A stretch of 64,000 bases of DNA, from assembly GCA_035572415.1 (NCBI GenBank), contig DATNAU010000198.1, positions 26-64,025 on the forward strand. The letters run 5' to 3'. Both the position numbers and the translations under genes were made by a program. The notes beneath the pieces were generated by a model, which was not told the origin of the DNA, searched no databases, and worked only from the letters and a program-made list of their open reading frames with translations. This document shows positions 26,339 to 35,564 of the stretch, one piece after another. Source of the stretch: Acidobacteriaceae bacterium. GTDB taxonomy: Bacteria; Acidobacteriota; Terriglobia; Terriglobales; Acidobacteriaceae. The stretch's first letter is position 1. Each line of letters starts with the position of its first letter.

Positions 26339-27811
26339 ATGCCTCGCACCGCCCCATACCTCCTGCCTGCCGCCCTGTTCGTGTTGATACCGATCTGTGC
26401 GCGATCTCTGCCGGCGCAGGACTTCTCCCATGACTCTGCCCAGCCCGCGGCGCAGGCCCCGCTCATCCAGCAGGCGAATGATGCCCTTGCCAACGGCGAC
26501 TATACCGGCGCTCTCAAACTCCTCAGTGCTGTTAACGGACAGCTTCCCAACAACCCCCAGGTCCTCTATGACATTGGTCTCGCGCTCGATGCGCTGAGCG
26601 ATGCCGCGTCCTCGGCGGCTTCGTCGCCCTCCGCGGCAAATGGAGCGGCAACCGCCGCTTCATCCGATCCGGCTGCATCCTCCTCTTCCTCCAATGGCGC
26701 ACCACCGCCTACGACCGCCGAGGCTGCTTACCGCGCAGCCATCGCAGCCGACGCAAACTTCGCGCCGCCGCATGTCGCTCTTGGGCTGCTGCTTGCGCGC
26801 AACGGCCACTCAGCAGACGCCCGCGCCGAGTTCGACGCTGCCCTCGCGCTGACAAACATCGCCGCTCCGCTGAAGGCCCGCGCCCTTCGCGCCCGGGCCC
26901 GGCTGGAACTCTCCGGCGATCTCGCCCATTCCCTCCCGCCCGATCCCACCGCGGCTTCCGCCGACCTGCTCGCCGCCCTGAAACTCGTTCCGGAGCAGCC
27001 GGAAGACATTCTTCTTTCTGCGCAGATCGCCGAAGCCACACCTGATCTTCCTGCCGCGGAGCGCGCCTACCGCCGTTACCTCGCACTCCCCGGCAACGCC
27101 GCTGAACCAGCGGCGACAGCCGCACTTGCCCACCTCCTCCTCATCCAGCGCCACCCTGCGGACGCGGAGGCCCTGCTGGATCCCGCGCACGCCGCCCACC
27201 CTGACAACCCTGCTTTTACTGCCCAGCTCGCCCAGGCGTGGATCGATTCCGGCGACCCGTCGAAGATTGCTCGCGCCGTCCCGCTGGTCGAATCCCTGCA
27301 TACCGCCAATCCCTCCAACGCCGCCGTGACGCGACTGCTGGCCCGGGTTTACGTGGCCACCGGCCAGCAAGAAAAGGCTGACCCGCTCTACGCCGGACTG
27401 ATTGCTCGCGATCCCAAACCCTCCGACCCCACCCTGGCCACCGACTATGCTGACCTCCTGATCCGCCAGCACCGGCCCGCCGAGGCGGAAAAGCTACTGA
27501 AGCAGGCGCTTGCGAACCCACACTCCTACGCCACGCCGGCCGACGAAGCTGATGCGGCGCTGCATCTGGCTTTTGCCGCGCAGGATATCGATGATCCCAA
27601 AACAACGTTGCAAGCCCTCGCATTAAGTGCTACATTGCAGCCACCTTCGCCGCCTGCGCTTTTCCTTGAGGCAACGGCGAATGACGCACTGCATCAAAGC
27701 AGCCAAGCTGTCGAGAATTACAAAAAATTTCTCGCAGCCTCTGCCGGAAAATATCCCGACCAGGAGTCTCAGGCGCGCCAACGGCTCGCCGCTTTACAAC
27801 ACGCGAAGTAG
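26339..27811 (+). CDS. secreted TPR-repeat protein
   Basis: 490 aa. Signal peptide (MPRTAPYLLPAALFVLIPICARSLPAQD), an Ala/Ser-rich low-complexity linker, then multiple TPR-like helical repeats. Confidence 0.75.
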   Translation: MPRTAPYLLPAALFVLIPICARSLPAQDFSHDSAQPAAQAPLIQQANDALANGDYTGALKLLSAVNGQLPNNPQVLYDIGLALDALSDAASSAASSPSAANGAATAASSDPAASSSSSNGAPPPTTAEAAYRAAIAADANFAPPHVALGLLLARNGHSADARAEFDAALALTNIAAPLKARALRARARLELSGDLAHSLPPDPTAASADLLAALKLVPEQPEDILLSAQIAEATPDLPAAERAYRRYLALPGNAAEPAATAALAHLLLIQRHPADAEALLDPAHAAHPDNPAFTAQLAQAWIDSGDPSKIARAVPLVESLHTANPSNAAVTRLLARVYVATGQQEKADPLYAGLIARDPKPSDPTLATDYADLLIRQHRPAEAEKLLKQALANPHSYATPADEADAALHLAFAAQDIDDPKTTLQALALSATLQPPSPPALFLEATANDALHQSSQAVENYKKFLAASAGKYPDQESQARQRLAALQHAK

Positions 27812-27911
27812 CAGGTTGGCTGCAACACCTGGCCATGACCTCGATCCACTGAGTTCAGCCCAGCGTTCCGCCGCCGTACGAAGCATATAGATCACCACCT
27901 TGAGGTGACTT

Positions 27912-28430
27912 ATGAAAGCCAGTCTTCGTTCCGTTTGCCACACCTCGTCACGGCCCGCACCGCGCCTCCCGGTATCCCTGCTCGCCGCTTCGCTCGCACT
28001 GCTCACCACGACCGCGCTTTCGCCTTCCGCCCGCGCTGCAGCTATCGACGATTCCATTCCCACGGCTGATGTCATCACTCAGTTGGAACAGCGCGCCAGC
28101 CAGGCCAGCCCGCGCGAACAGGCGTGGCTCTACACCGAACTGGTCCATTCAATGACGGAGAAGGCCGGCAAGGAACTCTCCGAGGGCGACGACAACGCTG
28201 CCCAGGCCACGCTCAAGCAGATCAATCACTACGCACACCTTATTCAAACCTCGCTGGCGCGCAACACCAAGGGCCTCAAGAACGCCGAGATGCTGATGCA
28301 GCACACCACATTCCGGCTGGCGCAGTATATGCATCTCGCCTCAGGTGACGAGCGCACCCAGGTGCAGGCCACGCTCAAGCAACTCGATCAGGTGAACGAT
28401 CAGTTGCTCAGCCAGGTTTTCCAGCACTAG
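27912..28430 (+). CDS. secreted all-helical hypothetical protein
   Basis: 172 aa. GAGGTGA Shine-Dalgarno sequence lies just upstream of the ATG at 27912. Signal peptide ends ...ALSPSARA. No family recognised. Confidence 0.6.
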   Translation: MKASLRSVCHTSSRPAPRLPVSLLAASLALLTTTALSPSARAAAIDDSIPTADVITQLEQRASQASPREQAWLYTELVHSMTEKAGKELSEGDDNAAQATLKQINHYAHLIQTSLARNTKGLKNAEMLMQHTTFRLAQYMHLASGDERTQVQATLKQLDQVNDQLLSQVFQH

Positions 28431-28527
28431 CAGACCTCATCGACGGCCATCCTCTCCCGCGAAAATGGATTGCGGTCGCGTCTTCAAACGTCGTCTCTTG
28501 AATCCGGAAGAGCGTAATATTTTCTCC

Positions 28528-29103
28528 ATGAAATTGGCCTGCATCCGATTTTCTGCTCCGGCCCTCCTCACACTGGCGCTCGCCGCTGCGGTGCCTCTTC
28601 GCGCGCATCCCGTCGAAGGCCAGATCCAGGCCTCGGCCCTCTCCGATGCCGAAATCGAGCAGGTGCGCGATGCGCGCTACGTCCCCGCCAACTGCGTGCT
28701 GCTCTTCGCCAAATTCCTCGATGACCGCGCGCAAAAGATCCATGACCTCTACGCCAGGCCGCGCCAGCCCGGCCGCGAAACCGACACCCGCGAGCTGATG
28801 GAGCAATTCACCTCCATCATTGACGAGCTTTCCGACAATCTCGACGACTACGGCCCGCGCCACGCCGACCTGCGCAAGGCGTTGCCGAAGATTCTGGCCT
28901 CCGCCGACCGCTGGTCGACGGAATTGAAGGCGCCCCCCGAGGATGAGACCTACTCCGTCGCGCGCAAGCTCGCGCTTGAATCCATTCGCGACCTGCGTGA
29001 ATCCACCACGGAACTAGCCTCTGAACAGGACGCATGGTTCAAGGCGCACCCGCCCAACAAACAATCCGACGAAAAGAACGGACCCATCGACATTCCGCGT
29101 TAA
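28528..29103 (+). CDS. secreted helical hypothetical protein
   Basis: Signal peptide after the ATG at 28528 (MKLACIRFSAPALLTLALAAAVPLRAHP). No family recognised. The ORF-track start at 28465 is judged an extension. Confidence 0.6.
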   Translation: MKLACIRFSAPALLTLALAAAVPLRAHPVEGQIQASALSDAEIEQVRDARYVPANCVLLFAKFLDDRAQKIHDLYARPRQPGRETDTRELMEQFTSIIDELSDNLDDYGPRHADLRKALPKILASADRWSTELKAPPEDETYSVARKLALESIRDLRESTTELASEQDAWFKAHPPNKQSDEKNGPIDIPR

Positions 29104-29114
29104 TTAGAAGAACA

Positions 29115-29152
29115 GGGGCGCCAGCCTGCGCTGACGCCCGCGGCCCCTTTTT
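29115..29152 (+). terminator. candidate intrinsic terminator between convergent genes
   Basis: GGGGC ... GCCCC stem enclosing a GC-rich loop, followed by TTTTT (29148-29152), 12 nt after the stop at 29103. The stem is short and the loop long, so the call is tentative. Confidence 0.35.
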
Positions 29153-29903
29153 ACGCCTTCGTTGCCACAGGAAGGACCTTTCTTCCTCCAGCCAGAAGCA
29201 GACCGGCCATTCCCGTTCCCAGCAATAGCAGCGATCCAGGTTCCGGCGTTGGTGACGCGCTCACCGCGGCACTCGTCCCGGTGAACGGCTCGCCGAAGGT
29301 GTTGAGCACCGTGCCGTTCTTCGAGTCGCCGACACCGTACGTCAGTCCAAAGCCCGGCACCACACCGTTGCTCCACAGATCGACGGTGTACCCGCCCTGC
29401 ACATCGAACAACACTCCGTAGATATCCAGCAGGCCGCCTCCAAACGGATAAGGCCCGTTCGGATCGCCGGGAGCAGGTGGAGGGCAGACCGCCGGCGAGT
29501 TTCCGGCGGGGTAGAACAGGTTGTCCCAGGAGAATCCGAAGCCGCTTGCGGGTGACCCGGGCGGAACAAAGGTACCTTCCGAGTTGATGCCGGAGGGCAG
29601 TGAAGTCGTTTGAAGTCCGGTGATGGCGCCGGAGATATTTTTGACGGAGTCGGAGAATGTGCCGCTGATTCCAACGACCTGCTGTGCGCCGGGCACCCCC
29701 GGGACCGGAGTGTTTGAGGTAGTGAGCACACCGGAGCCGCTCATACCGCCGCCGCTGAAGGTAAACGAATAGTTGTCCGCCTTCGCCGATTTGGCGCAAA
29801 CCGCGAAAGCTCCCAGAACGAGAATGGCAAGAAAATTGGAACAGGATTTTGAGTTGAATCGATACTTCGCAACGGAAACAGAATCTTTTGAAGTCAACTT
29901 CAT
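29151..29903 (-). CDS. PEP-CTERM-anchored secreted protein
   Basis: 250 aa from the ATG at 29903 (MKLTSKD...), with a signal peptide. C-terminal sorting signal TPEPGSLLLLGTGMAGLLLAGGRK. The upstream 180 codons of the ORF-track ORF look non-coding. Confidence 0.8.
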   Translation of the reverse strand: MKLTSKDSVSVAKYRFNSKSCSNFLAILVLGAFAVCAKSAKADNYSFTFSGGGMSGSGVLTTSNTPVPGVPGAQQVVGISGTFSDSVKNISGAITGLQTTSLPSGINSEGTFVPPGSPASGFGFSWDNLFYPAGNSPAVCPPPAPGDPNGPYPFGGGLLDIYGVLFDVQGGYTVDLWSNGVVPGFGLTYGVGDSKNGTVLNTFGEPFTGTSAAVSASPTPEPGSLLLLGTGMAGLLLAGGRKVLPVATKA

Positions 29904-30092
29904 GATTGCCCCTGAAGAAAGGAATGCGTGCCTGCGTGAGCAGGAACAAAAAGTTAACATCCTGTCGCTTAGATCGTCTACAAGCCGCGAAGAATCATGG
30001 TGATGGAGTGAAACGGCATACGATGGAGTAAAAAATTCCGGTTCACGGCGAGCGGCAAAGCCGTCTTCGAATGCGTGCGACACCGAGCTGCT

Positions 30093-30599
30093 ATGCTGTG
30101 CGAGATGAATCTCTCCTCGCTCATCATCCGCTCCTCGTCGATCCACGCTGCCGGTTGCTACACCACCCAGCCCATTCGCAAGGGTGCGCGTGTCTGCGAG
30201 TACGACGGCAAGCGTCTGCCGAAGGCGCTGGCTGACAAGCGCTACGCCGACCGGCCCGTCACCTATCTCTTCACCTGCGGGCCGAACCTGGTGATCGATG
30301 GCTTTGGGACAGCGATGTTCCTGAACCACAGCTGCGATCCCAACTGTGAAACCGTTCAACACGAGGACACAGGCCGCATCTTCATCATGGCGATTCGCAA
30401 CATCGCCGCCGGGGAAGAGCTGACCTACGAGTACAACCTGCATGATTCCGAAGAGGAGGGCGCGGACTGCTATTGCGGCGCCGCCGCCTGCCGCGGCACC
30501 ATGTTCAGCCCGGAAGAGGTCAGGCGCCGCGAGCGCAGGGCAAAGAGAAAGGCTGCGCAGACAAAGTCCACGCAGCCCGGGTTCTCAGCAGCCAGCTAG
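30093..30599 (+). CDS. SET-domain protein (putative protein-lysine methyltransferase)
   Basis: Motifs NHSCDPNC and GEELTYEY, a post-SET Cys cluster CYCGAAACRG, and a basic tail RRRERRAKRKAAQTK. Start is ambiguous (GTG 30075, ATG 30093 or ATG 30105). Confidence 0.85.
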   Translation: MLCEMNLSSLIIRSSSIHAAGCYTTQPIRKGARVCEYDGKRLPKALADKRYADRPVTYLFTCGPNLVIDGFGTAMFLNHSCDPNCETVQHEDTGRIFIMAIRNIAAGEELTYEYNLHDSEEEGADCYCGAAACRGTMFSPEEVRRRERRAKRKAAQTKSTQPGFSAAS

Positions 30600-32554
30600 T
30601 TGCTCAGCACATCCTCGTTCACGTTGACCAGCAGCGCTTTGGCCGGTGAGGGCAGTTTGCCCAGCTGCAAGTTGTGATCGATGTCGGAGTTGCCCTGCAT
30701 CACAACGTTGGCGATGCGCGCCGTCGCTCCGTTCTCCATCTGCAGATAGAGCGGCACGGGCATTAGAAAGTCCTTCGACACACCGCTCTGCGCCAGCTTC
30801 AGGTGTGCGGTCGTTGTGCCGTCGGCGCCCACGGTGAATTGCGACGTGATGACGTAATGCGGCAGTTCGGTGCCATATACCCATTCGTCAAAGAACCAGT
30901 CCAGCTTGCCATTACCACGCAGGTCCATCCATTTGGGCAGGTTCTTCTCCATCGAACGCTTCCAGTCCTCCGTGCTGGCAGCCTTGCCGGAGTAGTCCTT
31001 CACGAACTGCTGCATCGCCTGCTTGAACAGCTCCTCCTTGGCCTGCGGCGTCCAGTAAGCCATCTCCAGCATGTGCAGTACGTACGCGCCTTTGTTGTAG
31101 ATCAGCGTGTTGTAGATGTCCTCACCGGCCTTGGAATTGCTCACGCGGTAGCCCATGGTCAGCGGCCCCGCATCGATCGGCCGCACGCCCTGCGCGTTCT
31201 TCTCGACAAGCTGTTTTGACAATTCCTTCCAGAAGGCGTGGTACGAGCTCATGTTGGGACTCGTGTTCATCAGGAAGATGCTGGCGGAGAAATGCGCGAA
31301 GCCTTCGCTCATCCACTGGTCGCGATAGCTGTTGAAGCCGACAAGCTGGCCCCACCACTGGTGCGCGACCTCGTGCGGCGTTACCACCTTCCAGTAGGTG
31401 TTCGCAGGATCAAGACCCAGCGAGTGCTGCACAGTGGCGTCCCAGAAGCCGCAGATCGGCAGGTAGACCAGCATGGGCCAGCTCTGGCCATAGTTGCACG
31501 CCGTCTGCTCGGTCAGCGCGACATGGTCGTAAGGCAGCTTGCCGAAATAATTCGAGTAAATCTGGATGGCAGCGCTGCCCTGCGAGACCTCATTCTTCAG
31601 CGCGCCCACGGACGAGAGGCCGCCCAGCGAGTCCGACATCTGCAGCAGCGGAGAATACTCGTCCGGCAGCCCGGTGTCCGCATAGGCCGCCACGCCAAAA
31701 CCCTGCGGCGTCTTGGCCGACTCAGTTTTGAAGCCGCCGATATTGAAGCCCGCCACTGCGATCGGCGAATCCGTGTCCCAGACGGCTTTCGCCATGCCGC
31801 CTTCCTGCGTCAGGCTTACCTGCTTGCCAGTCGCCACGATGGTCAGCTGCTTCGGGATGTGAAAGGTCAGATGGAAGTTCGCGAAATTGCCGAAGCGCGT
31901 CGCGCCTGACGGATACCATGTCTCGCGCGCAGCCTCCTGCAGGTAAAAGGTATCGTTGCCCTCTGCCCGCAGTGCGTCCTTGCCTTCATAGACGGTATGC
32001 ACGCGCACGGTGTCGCCGGCTTTGGCGGCCGTGGGGAGGATGATCGCGAAATCCGGATCGAGGTCCTTGTTCTCCTGGACGAAATCCAGCGGCGCGCCGC
32101 TCTCCGTAAATACTCCGCTCACTCGCAGAGTGGGATAGAGATCCAGGCGCACCACGCGCACGCCGTCATGCAGCACCTTGAAAGTGGTGTCTGCCTTGAC
32201 GCGCAGCATGCCGTTGCGCTCGATGGTCGTGTCCAGCTGCTGGTCTGTTACCTGAATGCGGTCACCGCGCAAGCCTTTGTCCGCATCATCCATCTGGTAC
32301 GCAACCCATGGCTGGAGCTGAAGATCGCCCCAGGTGGAAAGCTCCACCTCATCCGGTGACGCATGGAACGTGCCCTCCGGGTCGACAATGAAAAACACAT
32401 TCTGCGCGGTCAGCAGGTTGCCCATGCGGAACGTGGCCAGGAAGAACTGGTCCTGCTTCGCGGGGCCGTCCACATCCGCCAGCAGGCGAAGGTCGAGGTT
32501 CTCATGCAGGCTTCTGCGGAATTCTTTCTCCAGGTCGTCCGCGGCGCTCGTCAC
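30596..32554 (-). CDS. M1-family zinc aminopeptidase (aminopeptidase N-like)
   Basis: HEVAHQWWG...WMSEGFAHF gives the HExxH-x18-E zinc site. 652 aa from a GTG at 32554, with no signal peptide on this ORF. Confidence 0.9.
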   Translation of the reverse strand: MTSAADDLEKEFRRSLHENLDLRLLADVDGPAKQDQFFLATFRMGNLLTAQNVFFIVDPEGTFHASPDEVELSTWGDLQLQPWVAYQMDDADKGLRGDRIQVTDQQLDTTIERNGMLRVKADTTFKVLHDGVRVVRLDLYPTLRVSGVFTESGAPLDFVQENKDLDPDFAIILPTAAKAGDTVRVHTVYEGKDALRAEGNDTFYLQEAARETWYPSGATRFGNFANFHLTFHIPKQLTIVATGKQVSLTQEGGMAKAVWDTDSPIAVAGFNIGGFKTESAKTPQGFGVAAYADTGLPDEYSPLLQMSDSLGGLSSVGALKNEVSQGSAAIQIYSNYFGKLPYDHVALTEQTACNYGQSWPMLVYLPICGFWDATVQHSLGLDPANTYWKVVTPHEVAHQWWGQLVGFNSYRDQWMSEGFAHFSASIFLMNTSPNMSSYHAFWKELSKQLVEKNAQGVRPIDAGPLTMGYRVSNSKAGEDIYNTLIYNKGAYVLHMLEMAYWTPQAKEELFKQAMQQFVKDYSGKAASTEDWKRSMEKNLPKWMDLRGNGKLDWFFDEWVYGTELPHYVITSQFTVGADGTTTAHLKLAQSGVSKDFLMPVPLYLQMENGATARIANVVMQGNSDIDHNLQLGKLPSPAKALLVNVNEDVLSN

Positions 32555-32997
32555 GTGACCCGTAGGCGCAGACGGCGTACTTTGCGAATCTCGTCCGCCG
32601 TGCCGTCGGTAAAGCGCAATACCAGAGTGGTGAAGTCCTGCGACATCTGCGGCGATTTGGTCAGCAGCGCCAGCGATTTCTGCTCGCTGTGCTGCTCCGG
32701 CGCCAGCTTGAATTCGCCTTTGCCCTCAAACACAGCGCCGGTCACCCGGCCTTCCACCGGTGAGTAGAGGTAGAAGTTGCCTTCATCGAAATGGATCACC
32801 GCGCCTTCTCGCTTCAGCGAGAAATCCTTGACCGTAAAGCTTTCGCCGCCCGGCCGGTCCGCGCGCAGCTCAGTGTAGATCTTGTCGGAGTTTGCCGGAC
32901 GTGCTGGACCATTCGGCTCAATCGGGCGGGCAGCGTTCTGCGCAAAGGCGCCTGCCGCCCAGAGAAGGGCGGGGAAGAGAAATGCTCTGGAGTCCAT
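32551..32997 (-). CDS. secreted protein; either a separate small gene or the detached N-terminal part of the M1 peptidase
   Basis: Signal peptide from the ATG at 32997 (MDSRAFLFPALLWAAGAFAQ). Its stop overlaps the GTG of the M1 ORF (GTGA). See the finding on a possible frameshift. Confidence 0.55.
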   Translation of the reverse strand: MDSRAFLFPALLWAAGAFAQNAARPIEPNGPARPANSDKIYTELRADRPGGESFTVKDFSLKREGAVIHFDEGNFYLYSPVEGRVTGAVFEGKGEFKLAPEQHSEQKSLALLTKSPQMSQDFTTLVLRFTDGTADEIRKVRRLRLRVT

Positions 32998-33160
32998 GCC
33001 GCCCAAGGTACAGCCGAAGGTCTGTTCACGCAATCAAAATCCGCACGCCGATTCTGCATCGTTCGGGCAGTTGCGCTTCGCACCGCAGCAGTCACCCGGC
33101 GCCGTTCCTCATCGCTCCGCGGGCGGTACAATCAAATTCGTCTGAACCGATCCTTCCCGC

Positions 33161-35143
33161 ATGCCCTACCAGGTTTTAGCCCGCAAATATCGTCCCCAGC
33201 GTTTTGCCGATGTCGTCGGCCAGGACCACGTCACGGTCACGCTCATGAACGCGCTGGCGCAGAACCGCATCGCCCACGGCTACATTTTTTCCGGTCACCG
33301 CGGTATCGGGAAGACGACCATCGCCCGCATCCTCGCGATGGCACTGAACTGCCGCAATGCCATCGGATCGAAGGAACGTCCCACGCCGGAGCCCTGCGAG
33401 GTCTGCGAGAGCTGTACGGAGATCCGCGCAGGCAACGCCGTCGATGTGATCGAGATAGATGCTGCCACCAACCGCGGCATCGACGAGATTCGCGAACTGC
33501 GCGACGCCGCCCGCTACCGCCCCGCGCGCGACCGCTACAAGATCTACATCCTGGACGAGGCGCACCAGATTACGGACGCGGCCTTCAATGCGCTGCTGAA
33601 GACGCTGGAGGAGCCGCCCGAGCACATCGTCTTCATGATGGCCACCACGCAGCCGGAGGACATCCCGCAGACCGTGCGCTCGCGCTGCCAGCACTTCAGC
33701 TTCCATGCCGTGAAGCTGGTGGACATCCTCGCGCAGTTGCGGGCGATCGCAGATGCCGAAGGTGTGCTGGCCGACGATGCCGCGCTTTCGCTGCTCGCCG
33801 AAGCCGGTGACGGCTCCATGCGCGACGCCCTATCCATAATGGACCAGGCGATCGCCAGCGCGCCGGTGGACGATGGGAAAGCGCGCCTGGAGGCCGGGCA
33901 GATTCGCGACCTGATGGGCACTGTGCCGAATGCGGTCTTCGAGCGCATCTTCGAAGCCGTGGACGGCAACCGCTCCGCCGAAGTGATGACCGTCGCGAAC
34001 CAGTTGCTCGACGCCGGCAACTCGCCCGCGCAGCTTGCCCGTCAGGGTGTGCGTTATCTGCGCAACGTGCTCGTCGCAAAGATCGCCGGAGTCACTCCGG
34101 AGAGTGCGGGCGAGGGGCAGGGCAGCGAGCTGCTGCAGGTCTCGCCCGACGAGCAGAAGCGTGCCGCGCGAACCGCCGCCCTCTTCAGCGAAGAGGAGCT
34201 GACACGATTTGTGCAGGTGATGCTGCGGACCTTCGACGAGCTTGGCTACCGGCAGGAGCAGCGCTTTCACTTTGAGCTGGGGCTCCTGAAGCTGGTCCAT
34301 TTGCGGCGGCTGCTGCCGATCGAAGAAGCGCTCAGCGGGATCAATCCAGCCGCGCCATCCGGTGGATCGGGGCGCACACCTGCAGGTGGGATTGCGCCGC
34401 GTACAAGTGCTTCCTCCACGCAGGCACGTTCGTCGCAATCCGCGGCTCCGGCGCAAATGCAAGCCGCCCGTCCCACCTTTTCCCCGTTTGAGCAGGACTC
34501 CAGCAGAAAGGACTACACGCGGCGCGGTCCGGAAGCGGCCACTCCCATTCATGTCTCCGCGGTGCCGGCGCACCCCATCACCGAAGTTCGCGGCTCGAAT
34601 GTTGTCTCCATGACTCCGGCGATACGCGCGGTTTCCGACACCGCTCCAGTTGCCGCGCCTGTTGCCGTAAAGCTCGAGGAGACCGCGCCGCTGGCCCAGG
34701 CCGCTGCGCCGCCGGAGAAAATTCCCCCGGTGCACTCCATCGCCGCGCCTTCAGCGGAAGACACACAGCGCGCTGTCACCGACGCGCTCGCCGCAGCCAA
34801 GCACGGCTCTGCCGCCGATGCCATGGCAGATGCCATGTGGACGATCGCGGACGGCGCAGCGACGATCCAGACCGAGCTCTCAAAGACTATGCTGCCCATG
34901 GTGATGAACGCCGAGGCAGAGAAGATCGTGCGCAACACACTGCGCGCCGCCGGCATCCACAAACTGACGCTGTTGGCGGGGACAAATAGTGCGGCCACTA
35001 CTACTCCCGCTGCAAAGAAGCCCAAGCCCGCACGCTCCGGCTCCGCCCATGCCAGGGCGCTCGATCATCCCATGGTGCAGGCCGCCCAGAAGCTGTTCGA
35101 CGCGGAGATTCAGACGGTGATCGACCTTCGCGAGAGTGACTGA
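33161..35143 (+). CDS. dnaX: DNA polymerase III subunit gamma/tau
   Basis: Motifs FSGHRGIGKTTIARILA (Walker A), zinc module CEVCESC, YILDEAHQIT and SRCQHF. Long Pro/Ala/Ser-rich linker and a tau C-terminal region. Confidence 0.95.
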   Translation: MPYQVLARKYRPQRFADVVGQDHVTVTLMNALAQNRIAHGYIFSGHRGIGKTTIARILAMALNCRNAIGSKERPTPEPCEVCESCTEIRAGNAVDVIEIDAATNRGIDEIRELRDAARYRPARDRYKIYILDEAHQITDAAFNALLKTLEEPPEHIVFMMATTQPEDIPQTVRSRCQHFSFHAVKLVDILAQLRAIADAEGVLADDAALSLLAEAGDGSMRDALSIMDQAIASAPVDDGKARLEAGQIRDLMGTVPNAVFERIFEAVDGNRSAEVMTVANQLLDAGNSPAQLARQGVRYLRNVLVAKIAGVTPESAGEGQGSELLQVSPDEQKRAARTAALFSEEELTRFVQVMLRTFDELGYRQEQRFHFELGLLKLVHLRRLLPIEEALSGINPAAPSGGSGRTPAGGIAPRTSASSTQARSSQSAAPAQMQAARPTFSPFEQDSSRKDYTRRGPEAATPIHVSAVPAHPITEVRGSNVVSMTPAIRAVSDTAPVAAPVAVKLEETAPLAQAAAPPEKIPPVHSIAAPSAEDTQRAVTDALAAAKHGSAADAMADAMWTIADGAATIQTELSKTMLPMVMNAEAEKIVRNTLRAAGIHKLTLLAGTNSAATTTPAAKKPKPARSGSAHARALDHPMVQAAQKLFDAEIQTVIDLRESD

Positions 35144-35156
35144 CCATCTTCGCCCT

Positions 35157-35194
35157 GTCATTCTGAGCCGTAGGCGAAGAATCCCCGCATTTGT
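35157..35194. repeat. hairpin repeat family A
   Basis: 36 nt identical to 23141-23176. Begins 14 nt after the dnaX stop. Confidence 0.85.
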
Positions 35195-35224
35195 ACTCCG
35201 TACGATGGAACAAAGGGACCACCC

Positions 35225-35557
35225 ATGAACCTCTCCGATCTCGGCAAGATGAAAGAAATGATGACCCAGGCGCGCGAGATGCAGGCGCAGATGGAGGAAA
35301 AGCTCGCGGCCACCATTGTTGAGGCCGAAACGGGCGGCGGTATGGTGAAGGTGCGCATGAACGGAAAGAAGGAAGTGCTGCGTATCACCATCGAGCCGAC
35401 AGCCCTCGGCGCCTCGACCGGCGACATCGAGTTGCTCGAGGACCTGATCGCCGCCGCGGTAAACGAAGCAGGTCGCCGCGCGGACGAGGCGATGAAGTCA
35501 TCGGTCAGCGGAATGCTGGGCGGCATGAACCTGCCAAACATTCCGGGGCTGGAGTAG
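35225..35557 (+). CDS. ybaB: YbaB/EbfC-family nucleoid-associated protein
   Basis: 110 aa. MKEMMTQAREMQAQMEEKLAATIVEAETGGGMVKVRMNGKKEVLRITIEP. Conserved dnaX-ybaB-recR synteny. Confidence 0.9.
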   Translation: MNLSDLGKMKEMMTQAREMQAQMEEKLAATIVEAETGGGMVKVRMNGKKEVLRITIEPTALGASTGDIELLEDLIAAAVNEAGRRADEAMKSSVSGMLGGMNLPNIPGLE

Positions 35558-35564
35558 GCGCGCG

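Noticed and set aside
32998-33160. SRP RNA (ffs/scr), which lies upstream of dnaX-ybaB-recR in Bacillus and others
   Set aside because: I found no GGAAG...AGCA-type domain IV motif or suitable long hairpin by eye in the 163-bp gap. A covariance-model scan would be needed to be certain.
33161-35143. Programmed ribosomal frameshift or transcriptional slippage site in dnaX (gamma subunit production)
   Set aside because: I saw no A AAA AAG-type slippery heptamer or long A-run within the ORF. There is no basis to call a gamma-producing site.
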